A DNA stretch of 64,000 nucleotides from Candidatus Binataceae bacterium (GTDB lineage: Bacteria > Desulfobacterota > Binatia > Binatales > Binataceae), in assembly GCA_963789715.1 (NCBI GenBank), contig CAWBLQ010000011.1, positions 9,263 through 73,262 on the forward strand. Direction: 5' to 3'. Positions 37,592 to 50,193 of the stretch are shown here, piece after piece. The stretch's first letter is position 1. Each line of letters begins with the position of its first letter. The notes under the pieces were generated by a model that searched no databases, had not been told where the DNA came from, and saw nothing but the letters and a program-made list of their open reading frames with translations. The translations under genes were made by a program, and so were the position numbers.

Positions 37592-39052
37592 CTAGCTGAG
37601 GCCGCGAGCTTTTCGCAGCCGCGCGAACCACTCGAGGTATTGCCGCGCCGTGCGATCCCACGAGAAATCCGAGGCAAAGCAATTTGCCATCAACCGGCGC
37701 CACGCCGCCCGGTCCTTGAATGTCGCGGCCATGCGGAGCAGCGCCGCGACCATCGCGGCCTTGTCGAAATTCCCGAAGACGAAGCCGTTGCCGGTTCCCG
37801 CCGCGGGATCGAACTCGCTGACGGTGTCGCGCAGCCCGCCGGTGGCCCGCACCACGGGCGCGGTGCCGTAGCGGAGCGCGTACATTTGCGTGAGTCCGCA
37901 GGGTTCGAATCGCGACGGCATCAGGAACGCGTCGCTGCCGGCCTGGATTCGATGCGCCGTGGTTTCGTCGAACGCTATTATCGCGCGAAGTTTGTCGGGG
38001 TAGCGGGACTCCGCCTCTTTGAAAAATCGGTCGAGCACCGCGTCGCCGCTGGCGAGCATGACGAGCTGCAAATCGATGCGCATCACGGCGTCGAGCGCGT
38101 CCGCGAGCAGGTCAACGCCTTTTTGCGCGGTCATTCGGGTGACCATCCCGACTATCGGGGAATCGTCGCGGTGCGGCAGCTTGAGTGAATCACGCAAGTC
38201 GCGCGCGCACACGCGCTTGCCGTCGGGCCTGGCGGGCGAGTAGGTCGCGGCGAGCGCGCGATCGATTGCGGGACTCCATTCGTTGTAGTCGGCGCCGTTG
38301 AGGATTCCGACGAAATTTTCGCCCTTGTCGAGGAGCACTCCTTCGAGGCCAAAGCCGAGCTCCGGGTCCGTGGTAATTTCGTGTGCGTAGTTGGGGCTGA
38401 CCGTCGACGCGCCGTCGCACAGAACGAGCGCGCCCTTCATCAGGTTCAGGTGTCCGTAGAATTCCAGGTAGTCGGGCGAAAAATACGGCGGGTCGAGATT
38501 CAGCAGCGCGAAGTCCTCGCGTTTGCCGATCCCCTGGAATGCAAGATTGTGAAGCGTGAAGACCGAGAGCACGCGCTTGAAGCTGGGACGCAGAGCGTTG
38601 TCGGCGCGCATCGCGATCGGCGCGGCCGCAGAATGCCAGTCGTGCGCATGGACTACGTCCGGCGCGAGGATCTCGGCCGACGCGAGCGCGGCGGCGCGGC
38701 CGAAGAAGATGAAGCGCCGCATGTTGTCGGGATAGTCGTTACCGTTCTCGCCGTAGATTCCGCGCCGCCGGCCGAAAAATCCGGGATGGTCGATGAGGTA
38801 CATCGGCACGCCATGCGGATCGGTCGCGCGCAACACCGAGAAGCGCTCGACACCGGCGTCGAAATGGATCGGGATATCGCGCATCACGGGCGCGGTCTCG
38901 ACGCTCTCGACGAGCGAGGCGTAGCCGGGCACGAGCAGCGACGGTTGCTCGCCGGCGTCCTGCAATGCGCCAGGCAGGGCGCCGATCACGTCGGCGAGGC
39001 CGCCGGCTTTAGCATGAGGGGCGGCTTCCGCCGCGACGATCGCTATCTTCAC
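37592..39052 (-). CDS. glgA: Glycogen synthase
   Basis: It has the MKIAIVAAEAAPHAKAGGLADV N-terminus and a GT5 fold. Confidence 0.9.
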   Translation of the reverse strand: MKIAIVAAEAAPHAKAGGLADVIGALPGALQDAGEQPSLLVPGYASLVESVETAPVMRDIPIHFDAGVERFSVLRATDPHGVPMYLIDHPGFFGRRRGIYGENGNDYPDNMRRFIFFGRAAALASAEILAPDVVHAHDWHSAAAPIAMRADNALRPSFKRVLSVFTLHNLAFQGIGKREDFALLNLDPPYFSPDYLEFYGHLNLMKGALVLCDGASTVSPNYAHEITTDPELGFGLEGVLLDKGENFVGILNGADYNEWSPAIDRALAATYSPARPDGKRVCARDLRDSLKLPHRDDSPIVGMVTRMTAQKGVDLLADALDAVMRIDLQLVMLASGDAVLDRFFKEAESRYPDKLRAIIAFDETTAHRIQAGSDAFLMPSRFEPCGLTQMYALRYGTAPVVRATGGLRDTVSEFDPAAGTGNGFVFGNFDKAAMVAALLRMAATFKDRAAWRRLMANCFASDFSWDRTARQYLEWFARLRKARGLS

Positions 39053-39187
39053 GTTCGCAATGCGAGGAACTGGAAATTTGGACCCTCACCCGCGCCGGAG
39101 GCGCGGCCTCTCCCTGATAGAGAGAGGCTAAGAAGGATTCGGGTTCCTGCGCAGCGCTCAGGATGACACAAAAAAGGAAGTTCTTCC

Positions 39188-41635
<2,448 letters not shown>

Positions 41636-41784
41636 TGGTCATCGGACCTCGCAGGGAGGGAACCGCGCCGCACCTTCCCCGCAACCCAAATTTCACCGTA
41701 ATATACGGAGGTGGCGCAGACAAGGTTACCTCTTACTTAAGAAGCTAATCACGGTGACCGGCTCGCGCTACTGACGGAGAAAAG

Positions 41785-42210
41785 TTGACAAATATTGCAT
41801 TTGATAAGCTATTCAGCGAGGAAGAAGCCAACGAGCTGATTCCGCGGCTGGAAATTTTGTTGCGTCAGCTGCAGATGCAGGCGACGTCGTTGCGCGCGCG
41901 GATCGAGGAATTGGCGGTCACTGATCCGTCGATTTTGCACTCGGCGATGAGCGAAATCGTCGGCCGTTACCCCGAGCTGCGATCGTTCGCGAGCAACATG
42001 GCCGACGCCGCCGAGCAAATCGAGTCCTTCGGCTGCATCCTCAAGGACATCGACCTCGGCCTGATAGATTTTCCCTACGACGCGGGCGACGAAGTCGTTT
42101 TCCTGTGCTGGCAGTTCGGCGAGCCGCGCGTCGTCGCATGGCACAGCGTCAACAGTGGATTCGCGGAGCGCCAGCCGCTGCCGGGCGCGCCCAACCGCTG
42201 GCTCAACTGA
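41785..42210 (+). CDS. DUF2203-like protein
   Basis: Its N-terminus is FSEEEANELIPRLE, and it is 141 aa. Confidence 0.55.
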   Translation: MTNIAFDKLFSEEEANELIPRLEILLRQLQMQATSLRARIEELAVTDPSILHSAMSEIVGRYPELRSFASNMADAAEQIESFGCILKDIDLGLIDFPYDAGDEVVFLCWQFGEPRVVAWHSVNSGFAERQPLPGAPNRWLN

Positions 42211-42226
42211 AGAGCAGGCACTCCGA

Positions 42227-42697
42227 ATGATTCTGGTTTTGTCAATTTACCTGGCCGCACTTGGATGCTGGCTCGGCGGAATTGTCTTTTTCTCGTTCTT
42301 CACCGCGCCTGCCGTCTTCACGGTGCTGCCGCGCCCGGAGGCGGGCCAACTGATCAGCACAATCTTCCCGCGCTACTACACACTCGGCTACATCGTGGGG
42401 ACAATCAGCCTCCTGCTCGCGATCTATCTCACGGCAGCGCGCGGACCGCGGATATGGTGGGGCGCGACTGCGCTCGCGCTGGCAATCGGACTCGGAATCA
42501 CCTTTTATGCGGGCATGATTATTCTGCCGCGCGCCGACGCGCTCCGCACTGTCACCGAAGATCCCAATCCCGACCCGGCGCGCAAGGCCGAGTTCGACAA
42601 CCTGCATCACATGTCGGTGATTCTCAATGGCACGGTGCTGCTGTTGAACGTCGCCGCTGTGGTTGGCACCGCGGGAGCGCTGACCGCGCGTGGCTGA
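42227..42697 (+). CDS. DUF4149-like four-helix membrane protein
   Basis: The ATG at 42227 follows GAG. It has hydrophobic helices with conserved FFSFFTAP and RYY motifs. Confidence 0.5.
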   Translation: MILVLSIYLAALGCWLGGIVFFSFFTAPAVFTVLPRPEAGQLISTIFPRYYTLGYIVGTISLLLAIYLTAARGPRIWWGATALALAIGLGITFYAGMIILPRADALRTVTEDPNPDPARKAEFDNLHHMSVILNGTVLLLNVAAVVGTAGALTARG

Positions 42698-43454
42698 GCA
42701 TCGTTACAAGGCGGTCGTGATCGACTTGTTCGACACGCTCGTCAACTGGAATCCCGACGCGTTGCCGCTGATGGAATTCCGCGGGCGCGGAATTCGCAGC
42801 ACGACCCCGTTGCTCTACCCGGCGCTGGAAGCGGCGCTGGGTGAGCGCTTCGACCGGGTGAGATTCTCGGAGGCGCACGCGGCGGTTTACGCCGAGATAT
42901 TCTCCGAGCGGGCAAAATCCGACGCGATCGAGATAACCTGCCTCGAGCGCTTCTCACGCACGCTCAAAAAGCTCGACGTCGATGAAGACCAGGCGGCGCC
43001 GCTCGCCGAAAATCTGCGCCGCATCCACATGGCGACCGTGCGCGAGGTCACCAAGGCGCCGGCCGCGCGCGTCGACGCGATAAAGAAAATCGCGAAGCAC
43101 CTGCGCGTCGGCTTGATTTCCAACTTCGACGATTCCGAGACCGGCCACCTGATCATGCATGACACCGGCATCCGCGGGCTGTTCGACGCCGTGATTATTT
43201 CGGCCGAAGCCGGCTATCGAAAACCCAACCCGCTCATCTTCAAAAAAATTCTCGACGCGATGCGCCTTGAGCCGGCTGATATCCTGTTCGTCGGCGACAC
43301 CCCGCACGACGACGTGCTTGGCAGCAAGGGCGTCGGGATGCATTCGGCGTGGATTCGCACGCGCGGCCGCGACCTGCCAGCCGGAATCCCCGCGCCGGAC
43401 ATCGTCATCGCCGACCTTGCGGAACTGCCCGACGCGCTCGGCCTGCAGGAATAG
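42690..43454 (+). CDS. HAD superfamily hydrolase
   Basis: It has motif I (VVIDLFDTL), motif II (ISNFD) and motif IV (FVGDTPHDD). Confidence 0.75.
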   Translation: MAEHRYKAVVIDLFDTLVNWNPDALPLMEFRGRGIRSTTPLLYPALEAALGERFDRVRFSEAHAAVYAEIFSERAKSDAIEITCLERFSRTLKKLDVDEDQAAPLAENLRRIHMATVREVTKAPAARVDAIKKIAKHLRVGLISNFDDSETGHLIMHDTGIRGLFDAVIISAEAGYRKPNPLIFKKILDAMRLEPADILFVGDTPHDDVLGSKGVGMHSAWIRTRGRDLPAGIPAPDIVIADLAELPDALGLQE

Positions 43455-43473
43455 TACAAGCGGCGCGGTTTCG

Positions 43474-43953
43474 ATGAAGCGGCGGCAAGTAGTAGCGGTC
43501 ATCGGCGCGGGTGACGCGCCGCGCGCCGTTTGCAAGCTGGCGTTCGCGCTCGGCCGCGAGATCGCCCGCCGGGGCGCGGTGCTGCTGAACGGCGGGCGCA
43601 CCGGCGTGATGGAAGCGGCGGCGGCCGGCGCGCGCAAGGAAGGCGGTCATACGATCGGAATCATCCCGGGTCACGATCGCCGCGATGCGAACCGCCATAT
43701 CGAATTCGCGATTGCAAGCGGAATCGGGGAGGCGCGCAACGCCGTAATTGTCGCGAGCGCCGACGCGGTAATCGCGCTGGCCGGCGAGGGCGGCACTCTC
43801 GCCGAGATCGGCTTCGCCAAGAAATTCGGCAAGCCGATCGTCGCGCTCGATTCATGGCCCGAGATCGGCGGGCTGCGCCGCGCCGGCAGCCCCGTCGACG
43901 CGGTCGCGCTGGCACTCAGGCTTGCCAGGTCAAGTTCGCGACGGAGAAAATGA
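43474..43953 (+). CDS. LOG/TIGR00725-family Rossmann-fold protein
   Basis: The product reads VIGAGDA...GAVLLNGGRTGVMEAAAAGARKEGGHTIGIIP...VIALAGEGGTLAEI. I used the internal ATG at 43474. Confidence 0.6.
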   Translation: MKRRQVVAVIGAGDAPRAVCKLAFALGREIARRGAVLLNGGRTGVMEAAAAGARKEGGHTIGIIPGHDRRDANRHIEFAIASGIGEARNAVIVASADAVIALAGEGGTLAEIGFAKKFGKPIVALDSWPEIGGLRRAGSPVDAVALALRLARSSSRRRK

Positions 43954-44364
43954 ATGGCCGCTCACGATCGAAGCCCTTTTATCCATGCACTGGAACGCGC
44001 GCCGTTCGCCAGGACGCTGGGGTTGAAAATCGAATCGGCCGCCAACGGCGACGCGACGGTGCGGATGCCCTTTGATCTGCGCATCCTGAACGAGGGCGGC
44101 CTCGCCGCTCCTATTCACGGCGGCGCGATCGCCGCGCTTGCCGACGTGGCCGCGTGCGCCGCGGTATGGAGCCTCGCTGCGACGACGCGCACCGCGACCA
44201 TCTCGATCACGGTGAACTACACGGGTTTCGCCGTGAAGTCCGATCTGGTCGCCCGCGCGCGGGTGAAGCGCACCGGCAAGCGGATCGCGAGCCTGACGGT
44301 GGAGGTCGCCGACGGCTCAGACGCCCTGATCGCCGACGCGCTGGTCACGTACAAGATCGCGTGA
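43954..44364 (+). CDS. PaaI-family hotdog-fold thioesterase
   Basis: It has HGGAIAALADVA and a hotdog core. Confidence 0.8.
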   Translation: MAAHDRSPFIHALERAPFARTLGLKIESAANGDATVRMPFDLRILNEGGLAAPIHGGAIAALADVAACAAVWSLAATTRTATISITVNYTGFAVKSDLVARARVKRTGKRIASLTVEVADGSDALIADALVTYKIA

Positions 44365-44432
44365 CGGCGGAGCGCATCGATTAGTCGAGTCGCCTGGCTT
44401 AGAATGGAAGCCGGCCAATTTTCGCGCGGCGC

Positions 44433-45206
44433 TTGCAGGATTTTTTCGTGTCATCGACTCTGGATAACATTCTCCGCGCGGCCGCTCCGCACGGACTCAA
44501 TCTGGTCGCAGCGATTTCCGTCGCGCGCTACGACGCTACGGTCAAGAAAATTTCGCGCGCCTCGGCGATCGATCCGCTGGCACGCTCAATCGTTGTCATC
44601 GGCAACGGCGGTGGCGCGCTCTGGGGCGCTCTCAAGGCCCACGTGGTGCGCCATCCGGGATGGTGGAATCGCGACAACCCGCTGGACGATTTCACCCGCG
44701 AAGTGGTCGAGCGCGACATCGCCGCCCCCATCCGCGGATCGGGCGCGCGATGCATCTCCGTTTACCCCTTCATGAACAACGGCCCGACGCTCAACTTCAT
44801 CGAGCTCGGCAAAGTCGCAGGCATCGCGGGGCCGAGCATCCTCGGCGTAACGGTGCATCCGGTATACGGACCCTGGATCGCATTTCGCGCCGCGCTGTTG
44901 CTCGACGAAGAGCTCGATTCACCGGGCGACGCGCTAGGCTTCGACCCATGTCCCCGATGCATCGCCCGCACCTGCATCCCGGCCTGTCCGGCCAACGCGG
45001 TAAGCCTCGAATCCGGATGGGACATCCCAAAATGCCTGACCCATCGCGTCGAGGCAGAGCCGGATTGCGCTCAGCGATGCCACGCTCGCGCCGGCTGCGT
45101 GCTAGGCCCCGAGCATCGCTACCCGGACGACGAGCTCGCGTATCATCAGATGCGCGCGCTGCGCTCGATGCGCCCGTATTACGAAAAGCACCTGAAACCC
45201 CGCTGA
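44433..45206 (+). CDS. Putative iron-sulfur cluster-binding protein (QueG/DUF1730-like N-terminal region plus a Cys cluster)
   Basis: It has a C-terminal CPRCIARTCIPACPANAV plus further Cys (C..RCHARAGC). The N-terminus is LDNILRAAAPHGLNLVAAISVARYD. Function uncertain. Confidence 0.55.
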   Translation: MQDFFVSSTLDNILRAAAPHGLNLVAAISVARYDATVKKISRASAIDPLARSIVVIGNGGGALWGALKAHVVRHPGWWNRDNPLDDFTREVVERDIAAPIRGSGARCISVYPFMNNGPTLNFIELGKVAGIAGPSILGVTVHPVYGPWIAFRAALLLDEELDSPGDALGFDPCPRCIARTCIPACPANAVSLESGWDIPKCLTHRVEAEPDCAQRCHARAGCVLGPEHRYPDDELAYHQMRALRSMRPYYEKHLKPR

Positions 45207-45286
45207 GGATTTCGCGGTCTTATGCCGCTTCCCCAAGTTTGGCATCGCAAATTAAGTAAGTTATTTTTGCGCGGAGGTTTTGGAAG

Positions 45287-46051
45287 ATGGCTGTCACGCT
45301 CGAGGTTCGCGGACACGTCGCGATTTTGACTATCAATCGGCCCGAGGCTCGCAACGCGGTCAACGCGGACGTCGCCTCGGGGATGGAAGCGCGCCTCGAC
45401 GAGTTCGAAGCGAACCGCGGCCTTTGGGTAGGTGTGGTAACCGGCGCGGGCACCGTCTTCAGTGCGGGCGCGGATCTGAAGGCGATTGCGTCCAGCGGCG
45501 GCGCCGGACTCGGAACCCAACGCGGCGGCTTCGCCGGATTGGTCGCACGGAGCCGCACCAAGCCGCTGATAGCAGCGGTCAACGGTCCGGCGCTGGCGGG
45601 CGGATGCGAGATCGCGCTCGCGTGCGACATGATCGTCGCGGCCGAAAGCGCGCGCTTCGGACTGCCGGAAGTGAAGCGATCGCTGGTGGCCGCGGCAGGC
45701 GGCCTGTTCCGGCTCCCGCGCGCGATCGGAATGGCGCCAGCGATGGAAGTGATTCTAACCGGCGATCCAATCCCGGCCCGCCGCGCCTACGAGCTGGGGA
45801 TGATCAACTACGTCGTACCCGACGGCAAGGCGCTGGAGTCCGCACTGGAACTGGCAGCGCGAGTAGTCGCCAACGCACCAATCGCGGTCCACGCCAGCCG
45901 CAACCTCGCAGCCCGCGCCTTCGTCGACGACGACGCCTCGATCTCGCGCGACACGATCACCGAGTTCCAGCGAGTCCTGCAAACCGAAGACGCCAAAGAG
46001 GGCCCCCTGGCCTTCATCGAAAAGCGCGCGCCCAAATGGAGGGGGCGCTAG
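45287..46051 (+). CDS. Enoyl-CoA hydratase/isomerase family protein
   Basis: It has a crotonase fold with AAVNGPALAGGCEIALACD. Confidence 0.9.
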   Translation: MAVTLEVRGHVAILTINRPEARNAVNADVASGMEARLDEFEANRGLWVGVVTGAGTVFSAGADLKAIASSGGAGLGTQRGGFAGLVARSRTKPLIAAVNGPALAGGCEIALACDMIVAAESARFGLPEVKRSLVAAAGGLFRLPRAIGMAPAMEVILTGDPIPARRAYELGMINYVVPDGKALESALELAARVVANAPIAVHASRNLAARAFVDDDASISRDTITEFQRVLQTEDAKEGPLAFIEKRAPKWRGR

Positions 46052-46248
46052 CGCGCTGCATAAGGACCCTCATCTTTATCCTCTCCCTAACAGCACCTCA
46101 CCCCGGGCGCGGACGCCGTTCCCTCTCCCGCTACCGGGCGAGGGTTAATCGGTACTCAAGAGACGTAGAGGGAGAGGAGACAGACGCGTCGGCCTAAGTG
46201 TAGGAACACCCGTGACCATGCAGATATAATCCAGCCCCGAGTACGCCG

Positions 46249-47223
46249 ATGCCATTTCCAATCAATCGTCCGCGCCGCTTGCGGCGCACCGAAACAATCC
46301 GCCGCATGATTCGCGAGACGCGCTTGTCGCCCGACGACCTGATCCTGCCGATGTTCGTGTGCCCCGGCCGCGGCGTGAAGAAGCCCGTCGAGTCGATGCC
46401 GGGCGTCGCGCAAATGTCGGTTGACAATATCGTCGCGGAAGCGCGCGAGACGTGGGCCGCCGGCGTCCCCGCCGTCATCCTGTTTGGAATTCCCGAACGC
46501 AAGGACGCGCAGGGCAGCGAGGCATGGAACGACAACGGCGAAGTGCAGCGAGCGATCCGCGAAATCAAGGAGCGCGTGCCCGGCCTGGCGGTGATCACCG
46601 ACGTCTGCATGTGCGAGTACACCGACCACGGCCACTGCGGGGCGCTTAAGGGCAACGACGTCGACAACGACGCGACGCTGGAGCTGCTGACGCGATCGGC
46701 GCTGTCGCATGCGCGCGCGGGCGCCGACATTGTCGCACCGTCGGACATGATGGACGGGCGCGTCGGGGCAATCCGTTCCGCGCTGGACAGCAACGGCTTC
46801 AGCCACGTCGCAATCATGGCGTACTCGGCGAAGTTCGCGTCGGCATTTTACGGCCCGTTTCGCGAGGCGGCGGAGTCAGCTCCGAAATTCGGCGATCGCC
46901 GCTCGTACCAGATGGACCCGCCCAACGGCGACGAAGCGATGCGCGAAGTGGCGCTGGATTTGGAAGAGGGCGCGGACATCGTGATGGTCAAGCCCGCGCT
47001 GCCGTACCTGGATCTGATCTGGCGCGTGAAGCACGAATTCAACGCGCCGGTAGCGGCCTACAACGTCTCGGGCGAGTACTCGATGATCCGCGCGGCCGGA
47101 ATCAACGGATGGATCGACGAAGAACGCGCAACGCTGGAAGTCCTGACGGCGATAAAACGCGCGGGCGCCGACCTGATCCTGACCTACTTCGCCAAGGATG
47201 TAGCGCGCAAACTTCGAACCTGA
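46249..47223 (+). CDS. hemB: Porphobilinogen synthase
   Basis: It has active-site lysines and the MVKPA motif, plus a Zn/Mg-site region. Confidence 0.9.
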   Translation: MPFPINRPRRLRRTETIRRMIRETRLSPDDLILPMFVCPGRGVKKPVESMPGVAQMSVDNIVAEARETWAAGVPAVILFGIPERKDAQGSEAWNDNGEVQRAIREIKERVPGLAVITDVCMCEYTDHGHCGALKGNDVDNDATLELLTRSALSHARAGADIVAPSDMMDGRVGAIRSALDSNGFSHVAIMAYSAKFASAFYGPFREAAESAPKFGDRRSYQMDPPNGDEAMREVALDLEEGADIVMVKPALPYLDLIWRVKHEFNAPVAAYNVSGEYSMIRAAGINGWIDEERATLEVLTAIKRAGADLILTYFAKDVARKLRT

Positions 47224-47238
47224 AGGCCGCTGCAGTTT

Positions 47239-47712
47239 TCAGACATCCATTTGGACGACGTGGGTTATAGAATCGGGTAAAGCATTCAAGCCGGTTCGCA
47301 GAAACGACGGATGCAGATGCAAGTCCGCCAGCGCGTCCAGCCGGTGCCATCGGAAGATTAGTTGCGTGCCGTTTTCTTCCTGACCGTAAAATTCCCTGCT
47401 GAGATCGAGCTCGGCCGCGTCGAGCGGCGTTACCAGATACAGGAATCCGAGCTCGTGATGCCGGCGGCCCTCGTGAGTGAAGAAGTTTTCGAGCACCCAC
47501 ACGAGCCGATTGATTTCAACCTGCAAGCCGGTTTCCTCGCGCATCTCGCGCAGCAGCGCGCGGTCGGCGAGTTCGCCGATCTCGACGTGGCCGCCGGGGA
47601 GGAACCAGAAATCGTGAGGCTCGACGCGGAGCAGAAGAACGTGATCGCGGTGGAGTACGATCCCAGCGACGCGGAAGTCGAACAGCCAGCCGTTGCGCTC
47701 GAAGGCGATCAT
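47239..47712 (-). CDS. NUDIX hydrolase
   Basis: It has a Nudix box (GGHVEIGELADRALLREMREETGL). Confidence 0.8.
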   Translation of the reverse strand: MIAFERNGWLFDFRVAGIVLHRDHVLLLRVEPHDFWFLPGGHVEIGELADRALLREMREETGLQVEINRLVWVLENFFTHEGRRHHELGFLYLVTPLDAAELDLSREFYGQEENGTQLIFRWHRLDALADLHLHPSFLRTGLNALPDSITHVVQMDV

Positions 47713-48926
47713 CTCACGGTCTCAGTGAGTGGCCGCGGCGGCAGGGTCAGCTTGCCGAGGACGGCGGGCGCGCGCGCGCCGGTGACGCTGGGGATATTGC
47801 CCTGGCGGCCGCGCAGCATCTGGTAGCCGAGGATGGCAAACGCGACGGCCTCGAGCGCGTTGCCGTCAACGCCGACGCCGGCGGCGGTGAGTACTTCGAG
47901 GTCGGGAAGGTCGCCGGCGATCATGCGCATCAAGGTGGGATTTTGCGCGCCGCCGCCGGTGACGATCAACTGATCAACGGGACGCGGCAAGATGAAGCGG
48001 CGGCATGCGTCGGCGACCGAGCGCGCGCTGAGGGCGGTGAAGGTCGCGAGCAGATCGTGGTCAACGATTCGCATGCGGCGGGCGTCGGCGACGATGCGGT
48101 CGAGCAGCCGGGGACCGAACTCGTCGCGGCCGGTCGATTTTGGCGGTGGGCGGCGAAAGTAAGGATGTTGCATCAGCTTCGCGAGCAGCGGCTCGCTGAC
48201 GTGGCCGCCGGCCGCGATGCGCCCGTCGCGATCCATCCGCAGGCGGCCGCCCGAGATTCGCGACGCGAGCGCATCGATCATTCCGTTACCCGGGCCGGTG
48301 TCGAATGCGATCAGATCGGGGTCGCCGAGGCGCGCGCGAGGCGGAAGGTAAGTGGCGTTACCGATGCCGCCGATGTTCTGCACGATGCGGGCGCGCGCGG
48401 GGTCGGCGAAAAGCCAGAGATGGGCGAGCGGGGCGAGCGGCGCGCCCTCGCCGCCGAGCGCGACGTCCATCGCGCGGAAATCGTTGACGACCGCAACGCC
48501 GGTGGCCGCGGCGATGACGGCGGACTCGCCGAGCTGCATCGTGGAGGCGAGCTGACCGCGGGCCGCGCGGCGCGGTGGCAGATGAAAAAAGGTATGGCCG
48601 TGCGAACCGACGAACGCAACGTCGGACAGGGCGGTGCGCGAGCTTCGGGCGATCCCGATTGCGGCGCGCCCAAACTCGCGGCCGAGCGCGAAGTTGAGCG
48701 TGGAGAGCGCAGCCGCGCCGATTTTTTCGTCGGCGGAGGCGGCGAGTAATTCTTTGCGAAAGCGCGCGGCGTACGGAAAAATTTGAAACGCGATCAAGCG
48801 CGCGGGCGGATGGGAACGCTCGTCGAGCTCGACGACGGCGGCGCTGACCCCGTCGTGCGAAGTCCCTGACATCAAGCCGATCGCGAGAAGTCTTCCGCGC
48901 TCGAGTCTAATCGTGATTGCGCTCAT
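47709..48926 (-). CDS. anmK: Anhydro-N-acetylmuramic acid kinase
   Basis: It has GLMSGTSHDGVSAA at the N-terminus and an ASKHA fold. Confidence 0.85.
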   Translation of the reverse strand: MSAITIRLERGRLLAIGLMSGTSHDGVSAAVVELDERSHPPARLIAFQIFPYAARFRKELLAASADEKIGAAALSTLNFALGREFGRAAIGIARSSRTALSDVAFVGSHGHTFFHLPPRRAARGQLASTMQLGESAVIAAATGVAVVNDFRAMDVALGGEGAPLAPLAHLWLFADPARARIVQNIGGIGNATYLPPRARLGDPDLIAFDTGPGNGMIDALASRISGGRLRMDRDGRIAAGGHVSEPLLAKLMQHPYFRRPPPKSTGRDEFGPRLLDRIVADARRMRIVDHDLLATFTALSARSVADACRRFILPRPVDQLIVTGGGAQNPTLMRMIAGDLPDLEVLTAAGVGVDGNALEAVAFAILGYQMLRGRQGNIPSVTGARAPAVLGKLTLPPRPLTETVR

Positions 48927-50178
48927 CTTTATCGAGGTCCGGATCGTCAGATTCGGTTTCGTTGTCGCCGAGCGATTCCTGCGAATCGTCGGGACGACTC
49001 AAGCGAAGCATCTCGATTCCAGCAAGAAGCATTCGCATGCCGGAGGGAAAATCGAGCGCGCCGGAGTCGTCGTGCGATTCCGGCTCGATGATCACCTTGC
49101 GCCCGCGATGCCATTGGACGAGCAGCATCCGATGACCGAGCTGGCGGCCGGTGACGCGATCGATCGAGAAATCGCCAAACATCGTGGTGGTGCGCAAATC
49201 GGAGAATGCGGCGCGCAGCATCGCGTCGTCGGGGCGGCCGGCAGCGGCGAGCGCGGCGGCGGTCAGCACGCCGGCGGCGTAGATCTGCGCGGCAGGATAG
49301 TCGGGAGAATCGGCGGCGCCGGCGGTGCGCATGCGGCGCGCAAATTCGGCGGGCGTCGGGCCGAGCGCGGGCTGTAGATCGATGGAATCCTCCCACTGCG
49401 AAGGGCCGACGATTCCGTCCGCCAGTTCACCGAGGTCCGATGCGAAGCAGCGCACGCCGGCGGCGACGCATCCGAGCACCGGGATGTCGAGACGGGACTC
49501 CGCGACCGCGCGCATCACGGCGACGTCGTGTTCATAGCTGCCGGCGCTGGCGAGGGCGTTGACGCGGTTGCGCGCGAGTGCGGGGAAGAGCAGCGCGGGC
49601 GTCGAGGCGGGGTCGAATGCACCGTTCCATTTCACGCGGACGCGGACACCGCGGCGGCGAGCGGCGCGTTCGCCGGCGGCGCGCTCGAAGCCGGATCCAA
49701 CCGCGCGAGCGAAGGCCGACTTCGACGCCACCAGCGCGACGCGCTTGCGCCAGAGCTTGAGTTGGGTCAGCAGGCGAACGAAGCCGCGCAAATAGTCACT
49801 CGCGGGACTGAGTACTCCGACGATCATCCTGTAGCCGCGCTCGTAGAGTTCGTCGCCGGCGCCGCCGTGATTGACAAAGAGGCGGCCGGATTGTTCCGCG
49901 ATGGCCGCGGCGACGCGGGTAAGGCGATTGGAGTATGGGCCGAAGATTATGTCGGCGCGGCGATCTGCGCAGAGCGAGCGATAGATCTCGGCGCATCGCG
50001 CGGGATCGCTGGCGTCGTCGTGGCATTCGAGCGCGAACTCACATCGCTCGCCGGCGATGCGGAGCGCGACCCCGGCGTTGGCGTCGGCGGTGAACAAGCG
50101 AACGGCGAGTTCGGCCTGCCGGCCCATCGGGGAATATTCGCCGGTGAGAGAGAGCGAGAGGCCGATGGTTATTTTCAC
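48907..50178 (-). CDS. Periplasmic-binding-protein type I (LivK-like) domain protein with an acidic C-terminal tail; no obvious signal peptide
   Basis: It has a PBP1 pattern (ITIGLSLSLTGEYSPMG) and a C-terminal DDSQESLGDNETESDDPDLDKDE. Confidence 0.6.
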   Translation of the reverse strand: MKITIGLSLSLTGEYSPMGRQAELAVRLFTADANAGVALRIAGERCEFALECHDDASDPARCAEIYRSLCADRRADIIFGPYSNRLTRVAAAIAEQSGRLFVNHGGAGDELYERGYRMIVGVLSPASDYLRGFVRLLTQLKLWRKRVALVASKSAFARAVGSGFERAAGERAARRRGVRVRVKWNGAFDPASTPALLFPALARNRVNALASAGSYEHDVAVMRAVAESRLDIPVLGCVAAGVRCFASDLGELADGIVGPSQWEDSIDLQPALGPTPAEFARRMRTAGAADSPDYPAAQIYAAGVLTAAALAAAGRPDDAMLRAAFSDLRTTTMFGDFSIDRVTGRQLGHRMLLVQWHRGRKVIIEPESHDDSGALDFPSGMRMLLAGIEMLRLSRPDDSQESLGDNETESDDPDLDKDERNHD

Positions 50179-50193
50179 GGTAGCGAAGCAGAG

